NCBI GenBank assembly: GCA_965112155.1
Contig: OZ218103.1
Length of the DNA: 64,000 nucleotides
Direction: 5' to 3' (one strand)
Source: Podarcis liolepis
Taxonomy: Eukaryota
Part shown: positions 38,068-49,300 of the stretch, piece by piece
Layout: each line of letters begins with the position of its first letter
How positions within the stretch are numbered: position 1 is the stretch's first letter
Made by a program: the position numbers and the translations under genes
Notes under the pieces: generated by a model
The model's input: the letters and a program-made list of their open reading frames with translations, nothing else
Databases searched by the model: none
Told to the model about the DNA's origin: nothing

Positions 38068-39950
38068 CTGGACCAAAAGACCTTTGAGATCTCATCCAAT
38101 GCTTAGTCAACAGTGATGGGCATTTGCTATTCCAAATATTTGACTGTGTGCAACCTCCGCCTGTTCGGGTTGGGGATGGAAAACTAGTTTATATATGAAA
38201 GGGGTAGGGTGGGCTGAATAGCAGTAGTTTGAGGTTAATTTGCAACTTTGCTAATAGAGTTAAATGGGAGAGGTTAGCTTTAGAATGCCACAATGCTGGT
38301 GTTACTATGAATCAGGTGTTGTCTGTGTCCTTGCATCTGCATACTTCTAAAACCAACTCAAGTGATACATCTGTACTTACGAAGACCCTTTACATTTCCA
38401 GCACTCTCCAAAGGAAGAGGGGATACCTAGAATTGCCCATTTCTCTGAAAGTGGAAGCATGAAATGATATGATGTATATATATATTGACCAAGACAGCAG
38501 CCTGCCTTTGGATTCGAATTATATGTACCTGAGCAGCCGAGATTGCAAACCCACCTATTTTTCTGACTATGAGAAATACTTCCTCCAGGTGAGTCAACTA
38601 GGTTTTGTCTGAAATTTGACCCTACTATAAAAGCCTGTTGTTGACAAAGCCCATTTGAGTAACTGGACAATGCCGCTCCTGAACATCCGCTGACTCATTC
38701 AGCCTCCATAATTGCCTGAGTGGAATTATACATTATGATGAAGCCTTCAAACTCTGCTTGCTTGCTTGTCAGTAAATCAATCAGAAAGTTCTGACAAAGC
38801 TGTAAACTATAAGAGAGAACTGAAGAATGAGTAGCACTTCTCAGTTTATCGCCTATAAAAATGAGCATTTAGTGAATTTTGTTTACAGGATCATGACACT
38901 TCCTTTTAACAAAATGCCTTGAAGGTAACATATATTTCATACGGCACCTTTAATCCCAGAGGATTTAAAAGTACTTGGTATCATTATTCAATCGTCACTG
39001 AAATGCAATTTGATTGGAATGTTCAAAGAGATTTCCATATATATATGTCAAGTGGGACTATGAAGACCCTGGGAAGGCTAACATCACACTGCCAAAAAGC
39101 CACAAGCATGAATCCTGAAAGCATTCAACGGATAACCTGCTGTGGGATTCAATTCATTGCGGCAATTGCAGCTGCTTCCAGGTACGAAGCTTCTTCGGAC
39201 ATGTAAACCATTGTTTAGTATATTACTTGGGGCTGAACTCCTTGGAAGCCTGACATCAGTTGCAGATGGACAACACTGAACCACCTAAACATTTCTGATT
39301 CCAACATGTTTGGTACTCTCAGGATCACAACTTGAAGTAAACCCACAAAACAAACACACATGTATGGAAAGGATACATCAGAATGAGTTGTGACCATGCT
39401 AAGTTTTTTGGAGCCACTTCTGTAAGATGCACTCAATGCAGATCTAGGAAACAGATTACAGTACCCACAGATAGTAAGTAATCCATTTTTTCTTGTAACT
39501 CTTAGAAGGGAGACTGCACACTGTTTAAAATCTAATTCTGGATTTGAAGCACCTCGGTATTTGCAAAATTTCCATAGATCTCTAAGACACAAGGAAAGGG
39601 AGGAGGCATGGCAAAGTGCATGAGTCCCACATGTATTTGAAACTTACCAAGGGAGAGACATGCAAGTTCCCTTTTGCACACAGTTCTGTGAAATAGTGCT
39701 TTTTGTTGCTTATCAGAATGTGTGAAACAGCTCTGAAGTTTCCTTAAATCTAAGCAGCAGAAAGTGTCACTGAGACTTTAAGGTGCTTCCAGACAGTACT
39801 TCATTTGGCTGAATCAGGCACACTGAATACTGAATCAGTGCACCTGAATCCCACAAGCCACATGTGGCAGGGATGAACCCTCCCCTATCCTGGTTGACTG
39901 GTTAAGTCCAGATAAACCAGCAGGATCAGTACAACTGGCACTGTGCAAAC

Positions 39951-40086
39951 CAGGCATAGACAAACTCAGTCCTCCAGATGTGTTAGGACGACAACTCCCA
40001 TCATCCCTTACCAATGGTCCTGTTAGCTAGGGGTGATGGGAGATGTAGTCCCAAAACATCTGAAGGGCTGAGTTTGCCTATGCCTG
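39951..40086. mobile_element. Palindromic hAT MITE (CAGGCATAGGCAAAC family)
   Basis: Near-perfect hairpin; TSD gtgcaaac/gtgcagac; full copy also at 54412-54547, half copies at about 15549-15624 and 17131-17186. Confidence 0.85.
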
Positions 40087-40180
40087 GTGCAGACTATCAA
40101 CTCTAAAACCCTACATTTTAAAGACTATAGTTGCTGGGGAATGATGTTCTTTGGATGCAGCCTTAGGTCTGAATAGATGC

Positions 40181-40395
40181 TGAAATATGGAGTCATGCAG
40201 TGATTTCATGCTCTTTATTGCAGCTCGTAAAACAGTGAGTGAATTTTCCCAAAAACCTCAGGCTTTATATACATTTACACAATGAGTCCCGTCTGATTGG
40301 TTGATTCTGCTTCCCTCCTGGGATCTAGGATCCTACCTGCCTATTCTAGGATCCTACCTGCCTATTCTTCTAGGATCCAAGCTTAGTACATAACA
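40181..40395 (-). mobile_element. Short solo LTR (215 bp)
   Basis: TG...CA ends (minus strand TGTTATGTAC...ATTTCA); 5-bp TSD GATGC; TATA and AATAAA on the minus strand; internal tandem repeat of about 21 bp. Confidence 0.8.
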
Positions 40396-41623
40396 GATGC
40401 TTTAGAGAAAATCAAGAACTGGCAACTCCTTTACTTGAATTCTGTTGATTGTGTCTACAGTCACATCTGTACTACAAAGTTAAAGCAGCCTGGAAAATGG
40501 CAAGTGTCATGGCTTCTCCCAAGGAACTCTGGGAATTATGGTTGTATCAGTGTGATTTCTCTAGCACAGATCCCTAGTCCACCTCTGGGAGAAATACCAT
40601 TCTCAGGGTTCTTTGAGGGGAAGTGAAAGTTAAATTGTCTACTGCTTCTGATAAAGTGGTTGCTCCAACAGCAACAAGCAGCACAAAAAGGTTATTATCA
40701 CCTTTCAGCTACTAGAACAAAACAGACAGCTTGCCTATTTACATTATACGGTAGTTCAGCTAAGCTGTTCCTGAAGAGCAGCTAATCCATTTTGTAGCTC
40801 ATTTCTTAAATCTGTTTTATGGTTTGTTCCAAACACAATATGAGAAATGTGCCCATGAATCACCAAATAACCTGGCACCTTTTCCTCGGATTAAATTTTA
40901 AGCCTTTTCTCTGGATCATGTTAAATGATAGTTAGTGCTTCCATCAGTTTATGATGTACCAGTCAAGGACAGAGATATTAAAAGCAAGGCTGAAAGCTAT
41001 ATCATGATCACAAAGTCCTAGAGCAAAGGAAGGATTTTAAAAAAATGTCCATTATGAACAGAAATGTGTTCTCAGCCAGTTAAAACCATCTTATGAGAAT
41101 TTCCAATAATTTCATTAACATCTCCTCATGTTAGGGACAGGATCAGAAGAAATTCCCACTCTGCAGAAATGATGGGTACGAGTCACCTGTCAATGGTTCT
41201 ATCATATCTAAAAAGAACTTGGTAATCCAGTCTCACTCCCAAGGAAATGTGTTTGAGACTGGCATTGTGGTTCCCATACATATATTTGGCCAGTAAATAT
41301 ATGGCTTCCTAGGACCATTCCACCCCACTACCAGCTAGAGTACTGTGCTCACAAGTGATCACCAAAGTCATGATGAAGCATTCATCTGCTTGCTTCAACA
41401 TAACCACAAATTAGGGCTTGCAACATTCCTTTGCTCAGTTCACTTTCTAAAGGCTTGCAATGACACGGTACGGACATGGTGAATCAGCATGGTGAGCCAT
41501 ACTTGTGGTGAATCAGGCAGGCAACTGCTTCACCACAAATTTGGGAAATATCTCAAGCGCCGCAAATGTAGTTTTGAACAAGGCAGAAGTGCTGAATGAA
41601 TTGCTCCTGATTCCACACCTGGG

Positions 41624-41970
41624 TATACTGCCGGATTTACGTATAAGCTAAACAAGCTATAGTTTAGGGCACCATTCTCTTGGGGGCCCCCAAAAAATTA
41701 AAGGGAAAAAAACCCTGGATGTACATTTCCAAAGCATAAAATAAAAAAACAAATAAAACCTGCATACAGCAAGTGTTTTGTGTTGTGTAGGCTCCTATTT
41801 GTTATGTGCAAATGGCTTTAGATACCTATTAGGTCCATAAATTACCATATAGCATATATTCAACACAAAAAACAGCAACAATTTGTTGTTGACAAAGGAC
41901 AGCTGGACATATAAAGGGCCCCATTACCTCCAGTAGCTTAGGGCCTCATCAAACCTAAATTCAGCCCCAT
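41624..41970. mobile_element. hAT-like non-autonomous element (related copy at about 61160-62096)
   Basis: GCCGGATTT / AAATTCAGCCCC-type ends; long similarity to 61160-62096. Confidence 0.7.
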
Positions 41971-42536
41971 CTGGATCTCACAAGATTTTAGTACTTGGGG
42001 AATAAGGCATGCAAGAATTGCACCTCTTCACAAAAGTAATACGGACCTCTGTATGATGAACTTTCTTGACCTGAGTACAGTCATTTTGTGCAATGCCAAG
42101 AAGAAACACCAGTGGTTTCAGTGACTAAAGTCTAATTATTGCCAGAATATTGGGAGGTTGATGACGATGAGAGCCAGTTCTCCACTATCCTGAGTGGAGC
42201 GGGAACCACCTATGCTGAAACCAAGTAAACTCATTACAATACATAATTTTTTAACTATGAAGTATTGTAAGGCGTCTCCTTGGTTTCAACATATTTGTTG
42301 ATAATCATAGGGTTCCTGCTCCACTCAAAATAGTAGACACTGACTCACCTATAGCTTAAATAGAAACAGAAATAGAATATTTCAGGCTGAGAAATTTTGG
42401 TAGCATCCGTCTGTCTCAAGAGAAAATGGAGTGTGCTTCTGGGGGTAAAGTCCAACCACTGTGTTAGCAGCACTGAAGGTACTTCCTTGGGGCACAAGCC
42501 TGGGCAGTGTGTATGGAGGTCCTGGGCTGCCCGGAT

Positions 42537-42774
42537 GGTACCTCGGGTTAAGAACTTAATTTGTTCTGGAGGTCTGTCCTTAACCTGAAACTGTTCTTAA
42601 CCTGAAGCACTACTTTAGCTAATGGGGCCTCCTGCAGCCGCCGCGCCGCCAGGGCATGATTTCTGTTCCCATCCTGAAGCAAAGTTCTTAACCCAAGGTA
42701 ATATTTCTGGGTTAGTGGAGTATGTAACCTGAAGCGTGTGTAACCTGAAGCGTATGTAACCTGAGGTACCACTG
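42537..42774. mobile_element. Tc1/mariner MITE (CAGTGGTACCTC family); further copies at about 50634-50856, 51281-51445 and 58435-59424
   Basis: GGTACCTCGGGTTA ... GAGGTACCACTG|TA; closely similar body in all copies. Confidence 0.85.
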
Positions 42775-43030
42775 TAGTTCAAAGGAAAGCAGAGCAATAT
42801 ATTTGGCACCAGCTTGGCTGCATTAGTTGCCAGAAGGAGGCATACCAGGCATACAAGACTCCATCCATCTTAGGGACCCCACTTCAGATTTATGTAGGAT
42901 GTCCCACAAGGCAGCAGAGGTGTAGGATCAGAGTTTTCCTTCTCCTAGATGGGCTACTTTCCCAGGTTGACAAGCCCCATCTGCCCCTCACTTCCCTCTA
43001 CAGCTTGTGCAGAAGCCACCTTCTTGACTC

Positions 43031-43192
43031 TAGGGTTGCCTTATTTCAAAAAGTGAAAATCCAGACATTTTGGCAAAGTTTTTTGAGCTTTTTTTCTACA
43101 CTTCTGACATTTAAGCAAATTCCGCCCGGACACTGTTTTCAACGGCCAAATCCTGGCTATGTCTGGGAAATTCTGGACATATGGCAACCCTA
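43031..43192. mobile_element. hAT-Blackjack-like MITE
   Basis: TIRs TAGGGTTGCC / GGCAACCCTA; related ends at about 5529 and 20277-20405; TSD not evident. Confidence 0.7.
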
Positions 43193-43387
43193 TGTTAGAC
43201 CCATTATTGGTCTCATCCGCACCATCTGCCAGAGCCTGTCTTTGCATGTAGGGGAAGTCCCTAACTGTTTGAGACTCATCCGCTACCCTCACCTGGTTTA
43301 GCTGGCCAGTCGAAACTGTTCCCAGGGTGTGGCTGCTGTTGCATGCTGATGGCTTCTAGGAGGCATAGCAGAGAGCTGAGTGCAGGG

Positions 43388-44224
43388 TGTGATGAAAAAG
43401 TTGGTTTTGCTGGACCGGTTGGATCAAAAAGTGTTTCTTTTGTTTTGTTTTTCCCTGCCAGCAAATGGTTAATGAACAGCAGCCTCCGACTGGCCATTGT
43501 TCCAGGAGGGAGAGTTTAAAAGGAGAGGATTTGAGAGATGGTTAGGTAGGGAGACAGGTTGAGGTAGAAAGAGTGAATTCAAGAGTTGGTTCTGGGCAAA
43601 AACAACTTCCATTCTGAGTGTACTGTGAAGGACGGCGTGTGGTGTCCTGTAGGAGGAATAGACCGGAATTTTACTGGGAGGCAGAGGTTGAGCCAGGAGA
43701 AGTAGGAGCTGGAAAGCCTACTTGGAACTCAAATCTAGTCTAGAGGGGAGATTCTTCTAAGGAAAAGAAGAAACTCCCAAACCCAGTGAAGGGAGGGGGT
43801 GTGGAGAGCCCTTGGGTCTATTGCTTAAGGAACCTCAGGAGCAGGATTGTTAAAGGGAGAGGATAACTGAAAGTAAGTATCACCATATAAAGGAACCAAA
43901 CCTATAACACAAAAACAACTGAGGAAGAATTAAAGTGTAATTGTACTGTATGCCTCAAGTAACCTAAGTTTAATCCATTTGTGTTACATGCTATCTTGCC
44001 TTAAATAAATCTTTATTGTTTATTTAACAAAAACCTGTCTGAGCCTCCAACTTACTAAATATTCCCTCACAAAGGTCCCCTGCAGGATACTCTGGGTTAG
44101 AATTTTAAGAGGAAAGGAAAAGAAACCTTCGGGTTAAGGGTTCTTCAGTGAGGTGGGGGCAAATTCTCTAAGTGAGAGTGGGCCCAATGGCGAGAGAGGG
44201 AAAAGTGCCTTTGCGCTCATCACA
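43388..44224 (+). mobile_element. Solo LTR (about 837 bp, Gypsy-like)
   Basis: 8-bp inverted termini TGTGATGA...TCATCACA; AATAAA at about 44004; TSD not clearly preserved. Confidence 0.65.
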
Positions 44225-46292
44225 TGTGGTGGAGACCAAAGGTAGACAAACTACACAAGAAGGAGCACAACAGGTACCTCAGCAGAGGTACTACTCAGTT
44301 TAGTCATGATCCGTAAACTTGTCTGCGGACAAACACCAGCTCCCTCAGCCTGAAAGGGGAGATGAGCACAGCACCCCATTGTCAAATTTGACTGGACTTA
44401 ACCATCTAGGGGTCCTTTATCTTTACCTTACCTCTTCTAACACCCCATACACCCCATATATAACAAATATAGAAAAGAATATTCCATAATTCCTTAAATT
44501 CTTATTATTGAGCCTGGTGTCTAACTAAAGAAACCATGTACAATATTGAGGAGAGTCTTCTGAGACACAATAATCAAAATAGGTAGCAGCAGTAGTCAGA
44601 TGCTTTTGCATATATCTTGGAGACAAGTGATGGCACCTAAGATGATTAGCCCACAAACTATGTGCTTTTGTGAAATAGACACATTAGCCGTATTCTGGGT
44701 GCCAGCCATACTTACGCTGCAAAGCTAAGGGCAAAGCAACTGCAGATCCTGAAAAGTAATCAATAAAACCTGTACAAAAATAGTAACTGTTGTATTTTGC
44801 AATCCCCTGGGAGTCAACATGTATGAAGAAGGCTTTGTCGTCTGGCAGGTTTGCAGGGTGTGGGTTTCCTCTCATAGAATTCCCAGATTAGCAGGGGCCT
44901 TGGGCTGCCAGAACTATTCCGGCTCAATTCTCACAGTCTGTGGTTAAAAATGCCAAGGGCTAGCCTACAGTTCACCTCTTACAAGAGGCTGAAGGTATAA
45001 AGAGAGCAGCAAGATCCATTTCCTAGTCCAAATCCACACTCTGAAACAGAGGCATGAACAAAGGCTTTCAGGTTTTAGAACTAGGAAAGATCTCTTTCTG
45101 TGACTCTGGAGCGTAGCTGCCAATCAAGAGTTGAATAATAGAAAGCCCCTCCAGACTAGTGTTTTATTGTTTTTTCTGCAATCTGTTCTTGACTCAATAA
45201 TAGTGCATTTATGGTGAATTTGTTCTTAGTTTGTTCCATGTTGCATCTCTAATGCTGCCACGTTATTGCTGTCTGGAGGGGCTATCGTCAAACAAAAATG
45301 GGAAAAAGATAAACCAGAACCTTTGTGGTATATATAATTATGGGATTTCACCAGGAAGTTATGGGATATGCGTGTGACCATCCAACATTTTTGCACACAC
45401 AAACAGTATTGAATTTGGGATTGTCTATGACCACCTTGATATCCTCATGAGCAGGAATCATCATGAATGCATAATGAAAAGGTCTGGAGGGACCCAGAGT
45501 ACATTGAAGTACAAGACCTCAGTTGCCTGACCCAAAAAGTTAAAATACTAGAAATGATGGAATAAGTGGAGCTGAAGAGAATTTGCCCTTTCCCTAATGA
45601 TCCTCAAAAGTTTTTCTCTGCACATGTGAGTGCCAAATATTTGGTAGATATTCAGCTTAGCATCAGTATTTTATATATTCCAATATTTGATCTTAATATT
45701 TGTATCCAATCATTTATTTGAATGCTTTATGTTTGTCAGCATCTATCACTGATAGTCAACAACGGCTTATGGCATTTGATGTTTTACACCTCGAAGAAAC
45801 AGTGAGCAAGAGAATGCATAGGTCTAAAAACTCAGATTTTGTTGGATATTGAGGTCAATATCTATGTTGATTTCCCATACATAGTTCACCCTTCAGCTTG
45901 TCCTGTGCCTAGAAAGCACAGATCCAAGTGGTTTTCTGTTTGCCCCACTGATTTCCCTGGGAAAACCAGCTCTTTAACACTGTATCAGAGTAAACATCAG
46001 TCCACGGACAACCCGATTGACATTTGTTCTGATTCAGCAGTTAGTATTGGGTTTTCCAAGGGGAAAGTGGCGAGACAAGCAGAAGTCTGAATGAGCCTTC
46101 TGTGTTTCATGAAGCCTCAAGAGATGTCTTGCTTTGTCATGTGTGACATTAAAAGCACACAAAAAAGATATGAATTCACAGGAAAACTTTAATGAGGTGG
46201 AAGAGCAGTTTATCAATCTGAAATATATACTACGAACACATCTGGTGGATTTGTAAGGGGAGCACAGGGGAAAGTGGGCAACAGCTATACAA

Positions 46293-46363
46293 AAGGAAGG
46301 AAGGAAGGAAGGAAGGAAGGAAGGAAGGAAGGAAGGAAGGAAGGAAGGAAGGAAGGAAGGAAG
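46293..46363. repeat. (GGAA)n microsatellite
   Basis: About 17 units seen directly. Confidence 0.95.
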
Positions 46364-49300
46364 AGATTTTAAACAGTCCTGGTGGGTTACAAATAACAAT
46401 CCTTAGTAGACCTTCTTCCTCCCAGCAAGCAAAGTGAAGAAGGGTGAAGTTGGCAGACTCAAAGCGACTCTGACAGTGTTTCCTCAGTTCACATTCTAAC
46501 AAGGGTGGAAAGAAAGAAAAATGTTACAAAGGCATACCAGTGATCACTCTGAAGTTCCATTGTCACTGATATCCTACATTTGAATCCTACGTTCTCCTTG
46601 TGAGCTCACAGTCATCCTGAAGAATATTTGAGAATACTTATCAAAAGCAGAGCCAGCTCTAAGCTTGAAAGACCCCTTGGTAAAGGGCTCCTTGGTGGTC
46701 CCTTCCTCTGTCAGTGGTAGGTCTCCTTCAATGTTGGTGAGCTCTGGAAACAACAGCCATGGTGGATAGCAGTAACAGCTTCAATCAGTGCTGTGCGGTT
46801 GGAAGCTGCCATTTTGATTTCCAAAATATACCCAGTTGTTGTGGGGCATTGTGGGAAATTTAAATGGTGGCTCTCAATCCCAGTCACCTGGTGTTGAGCA
46901 GAGCACCAGACAAAAAGAGGGTGGGCATCAGTAGCTGGCCAGATGCCTGAAGATGCCATGTGCTAATGCCAGTCCATGTTCACCCAGACAGTTTTATAGC
47001 CTAGCAGTAATTTAAACTTGGGTTTTTTACACACTAGCCACTGCTCCACACTGGTCCTTTATCTTACCCTACCCTCTTCTCCCTGCTAATGCAGACATGT
47101 AAGATGATGCTCCATTAATTAATAGCCAAGAAAAAACTCAAGGAGCTCAGTCCATTGTCCTGACTGCTGATTGAAAGAAAACCCCAGTGAATTCAGCATC
47201 CATGAAGATCAAGGCATGACCCTTTCAGAGATTCAATTTACCATCTGCAAGTAAAGTTGTTGTCTACATTCACAGTTACAGTTGATGAGGTTGGGGTTGT
47301 GGACTTTCCCCCTCCCCGATAAAGGTTATTTGTCTGCAACAGATGTATCGCATGCAGAAATTCAACAGGTGCCATCCTTGATGGCATGGCAATGAAGTAG
47401 TGCTCAGAAGCCGCAGCTGTTGAATTTCTGCCCATCATGTAGCAGTTAAAAGCTCAGAGCCTCTGTCAGGAGGGAAATGGAGGTGATTCCTGGTTCGCCT
47501 GTGAGTACCATGATCCTGTCATTCTCACTAGAGAACTAGAAGAGGGGAGCCCTCTCTTTTGCTGGTTCAGCAAAAAAGACAATCCTATAGCACTTTAAAG
47601 ACAAAAAGTTAGAAATGTTGGAAAGTGCTATGAGCCTCCATTCCCTCCCAGACTATATTAGCATCTACAACACCTTAGGCTGCTCCAGACTTCCAGCATC
47701 ATTTCTTCCTGGACCTCTGAGTGCTGTCTCACAGTCACCAGCCCCTTCTCCATCTTCATTCTCAGGAAGCCTAGATTGCATTGGAGCAGGGAGAGACAAA
47801 GTTAGATTAGAAGCATTGCTAGCACTGATGGAACCTAGTAAAATCTTGACTGTTCTCATTTTACCAGTTAGGTCTTAAGTAGAGAGAGCTGGGGAAATTC
47901 TACAAGCTACAGAATAGCCAATGGCAGTGACCCCAAAATTGATATTGCAACCATCAGTTGCTTTAAATGTCTCATAAAGACATCTTCCTGCCTAGGTTTT
48001 CCTGGACCCTTAAGATTGGATCCTGTTTCTATTTGTAGAATCTCCAAAATTCCTGCTTTTACACATTTTGTATATCTGTTTTATTGGGTTTGTGTTGTGT
48101 TTTTGTTTTCATGATATTGTTTATTGTTTTTATGTTGTATACCACTCAGGGATTTAAAAAAAAAATATTAAGTTGTTTATAAATGCTCTTATTTAAATAA
48201 ACAAATTTGACTGCCCTAAGGTCATAGCTTGGGTCAATGTCAGAATCTGAATAGCCATTCTCATTCCTTTCTCTAAAATCTGAATGCTATAAATAAAATA
48301 GCTTCTACAAAGTATACCAAGCAAAAGTCAGTCTCAGGGCTCCAACTATCACTGGCTTTATTTTAAAAACAACAAGAAGTTTATAACAGATTAAACTTCA
48401 TGTGCAGCTTTCAAATTAATTTACTGCACTGCTCTCTAAAGGACAACTGTTATACTATTATGAATTGCCCTCAAAAGGATCCAGCACAGTACCTTATCAG
48501 TAGGTACTTCAATGCTCATTAAAACAGAGATGTAATGAGAGTTCAAGGTAATCATCTGTTCATCACATCTGTAGCACTTCTAGAGGCCAATTAAAGGCAG
48601 ATTAAAGTTTATCCGGGTGATCAGTAATCAGTTGTTGTTCCTGTTCTTAAAGTTCTGTACCACTATTTATCCAACGATCACAGTGATCCAACCGTATTTT
48701 TTTAATTGCACAAAAGGTGGACCCCAAGTTTGTGAGAGGATCATCTGTTTGCTTTTTAACAGAAACAGAGCATTTATGAATGCTACTGTTGGTGTAGATC
48801 AATGTTATACTTAAAAGGAAATAGTTTTTAAAGATTTACAAAATGGTAAGTCATTGCTATGGGTAAGAGGAGAGTGGTGATGCCTTTAATTTCAATACAC
48901 GTGGGATAGTTTTAATTTATATTATTGGGGGGGGGAGCTGAATTCCCACAGCAGTGCTTTTGAATAGGTCAACTGGATCCTCAGCAGTAACTGTGCATAT
49001 TCTGTGTAAGAAAATAAATTTAGGAAGGCCTGAGGATGTCCTATTAAGTCCTTCACTTTTTCTGTAGTTCTATAATATATCATGGCTAGCCAGCCTTTGG
49101 CACAAGTGTTATAGGCAGCACAAATAAGAGAGGCTTAGGGCTATAGCATATTAATTATGAGCCACATTTTTCCTCCCTGCCCCCTGCTGCACAGCCAACT
49201 GCTCCCTGTTCCCCAGCTCAGCAGACTCACACAAAGGCACAGGATGAGGAATATGGAATGTGTACATACTAGGGTGGCACTCTCTAAGACTTTGGACTTC

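Larger units (their letters stand above)
42396..44300 (-). mobile_element. RTE-like LINE-derived fragment hosting nested insertions
   Basis: Reverse-strand GGGCAGATGGGGCTTGTCAACCTGGG...CTAGGAGAAGGAAAACTC resembles RTE 5' regions (recalled); interrupted at 42537-42774, 43031-43192 and 43388-44224. Confidence 0.45.
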
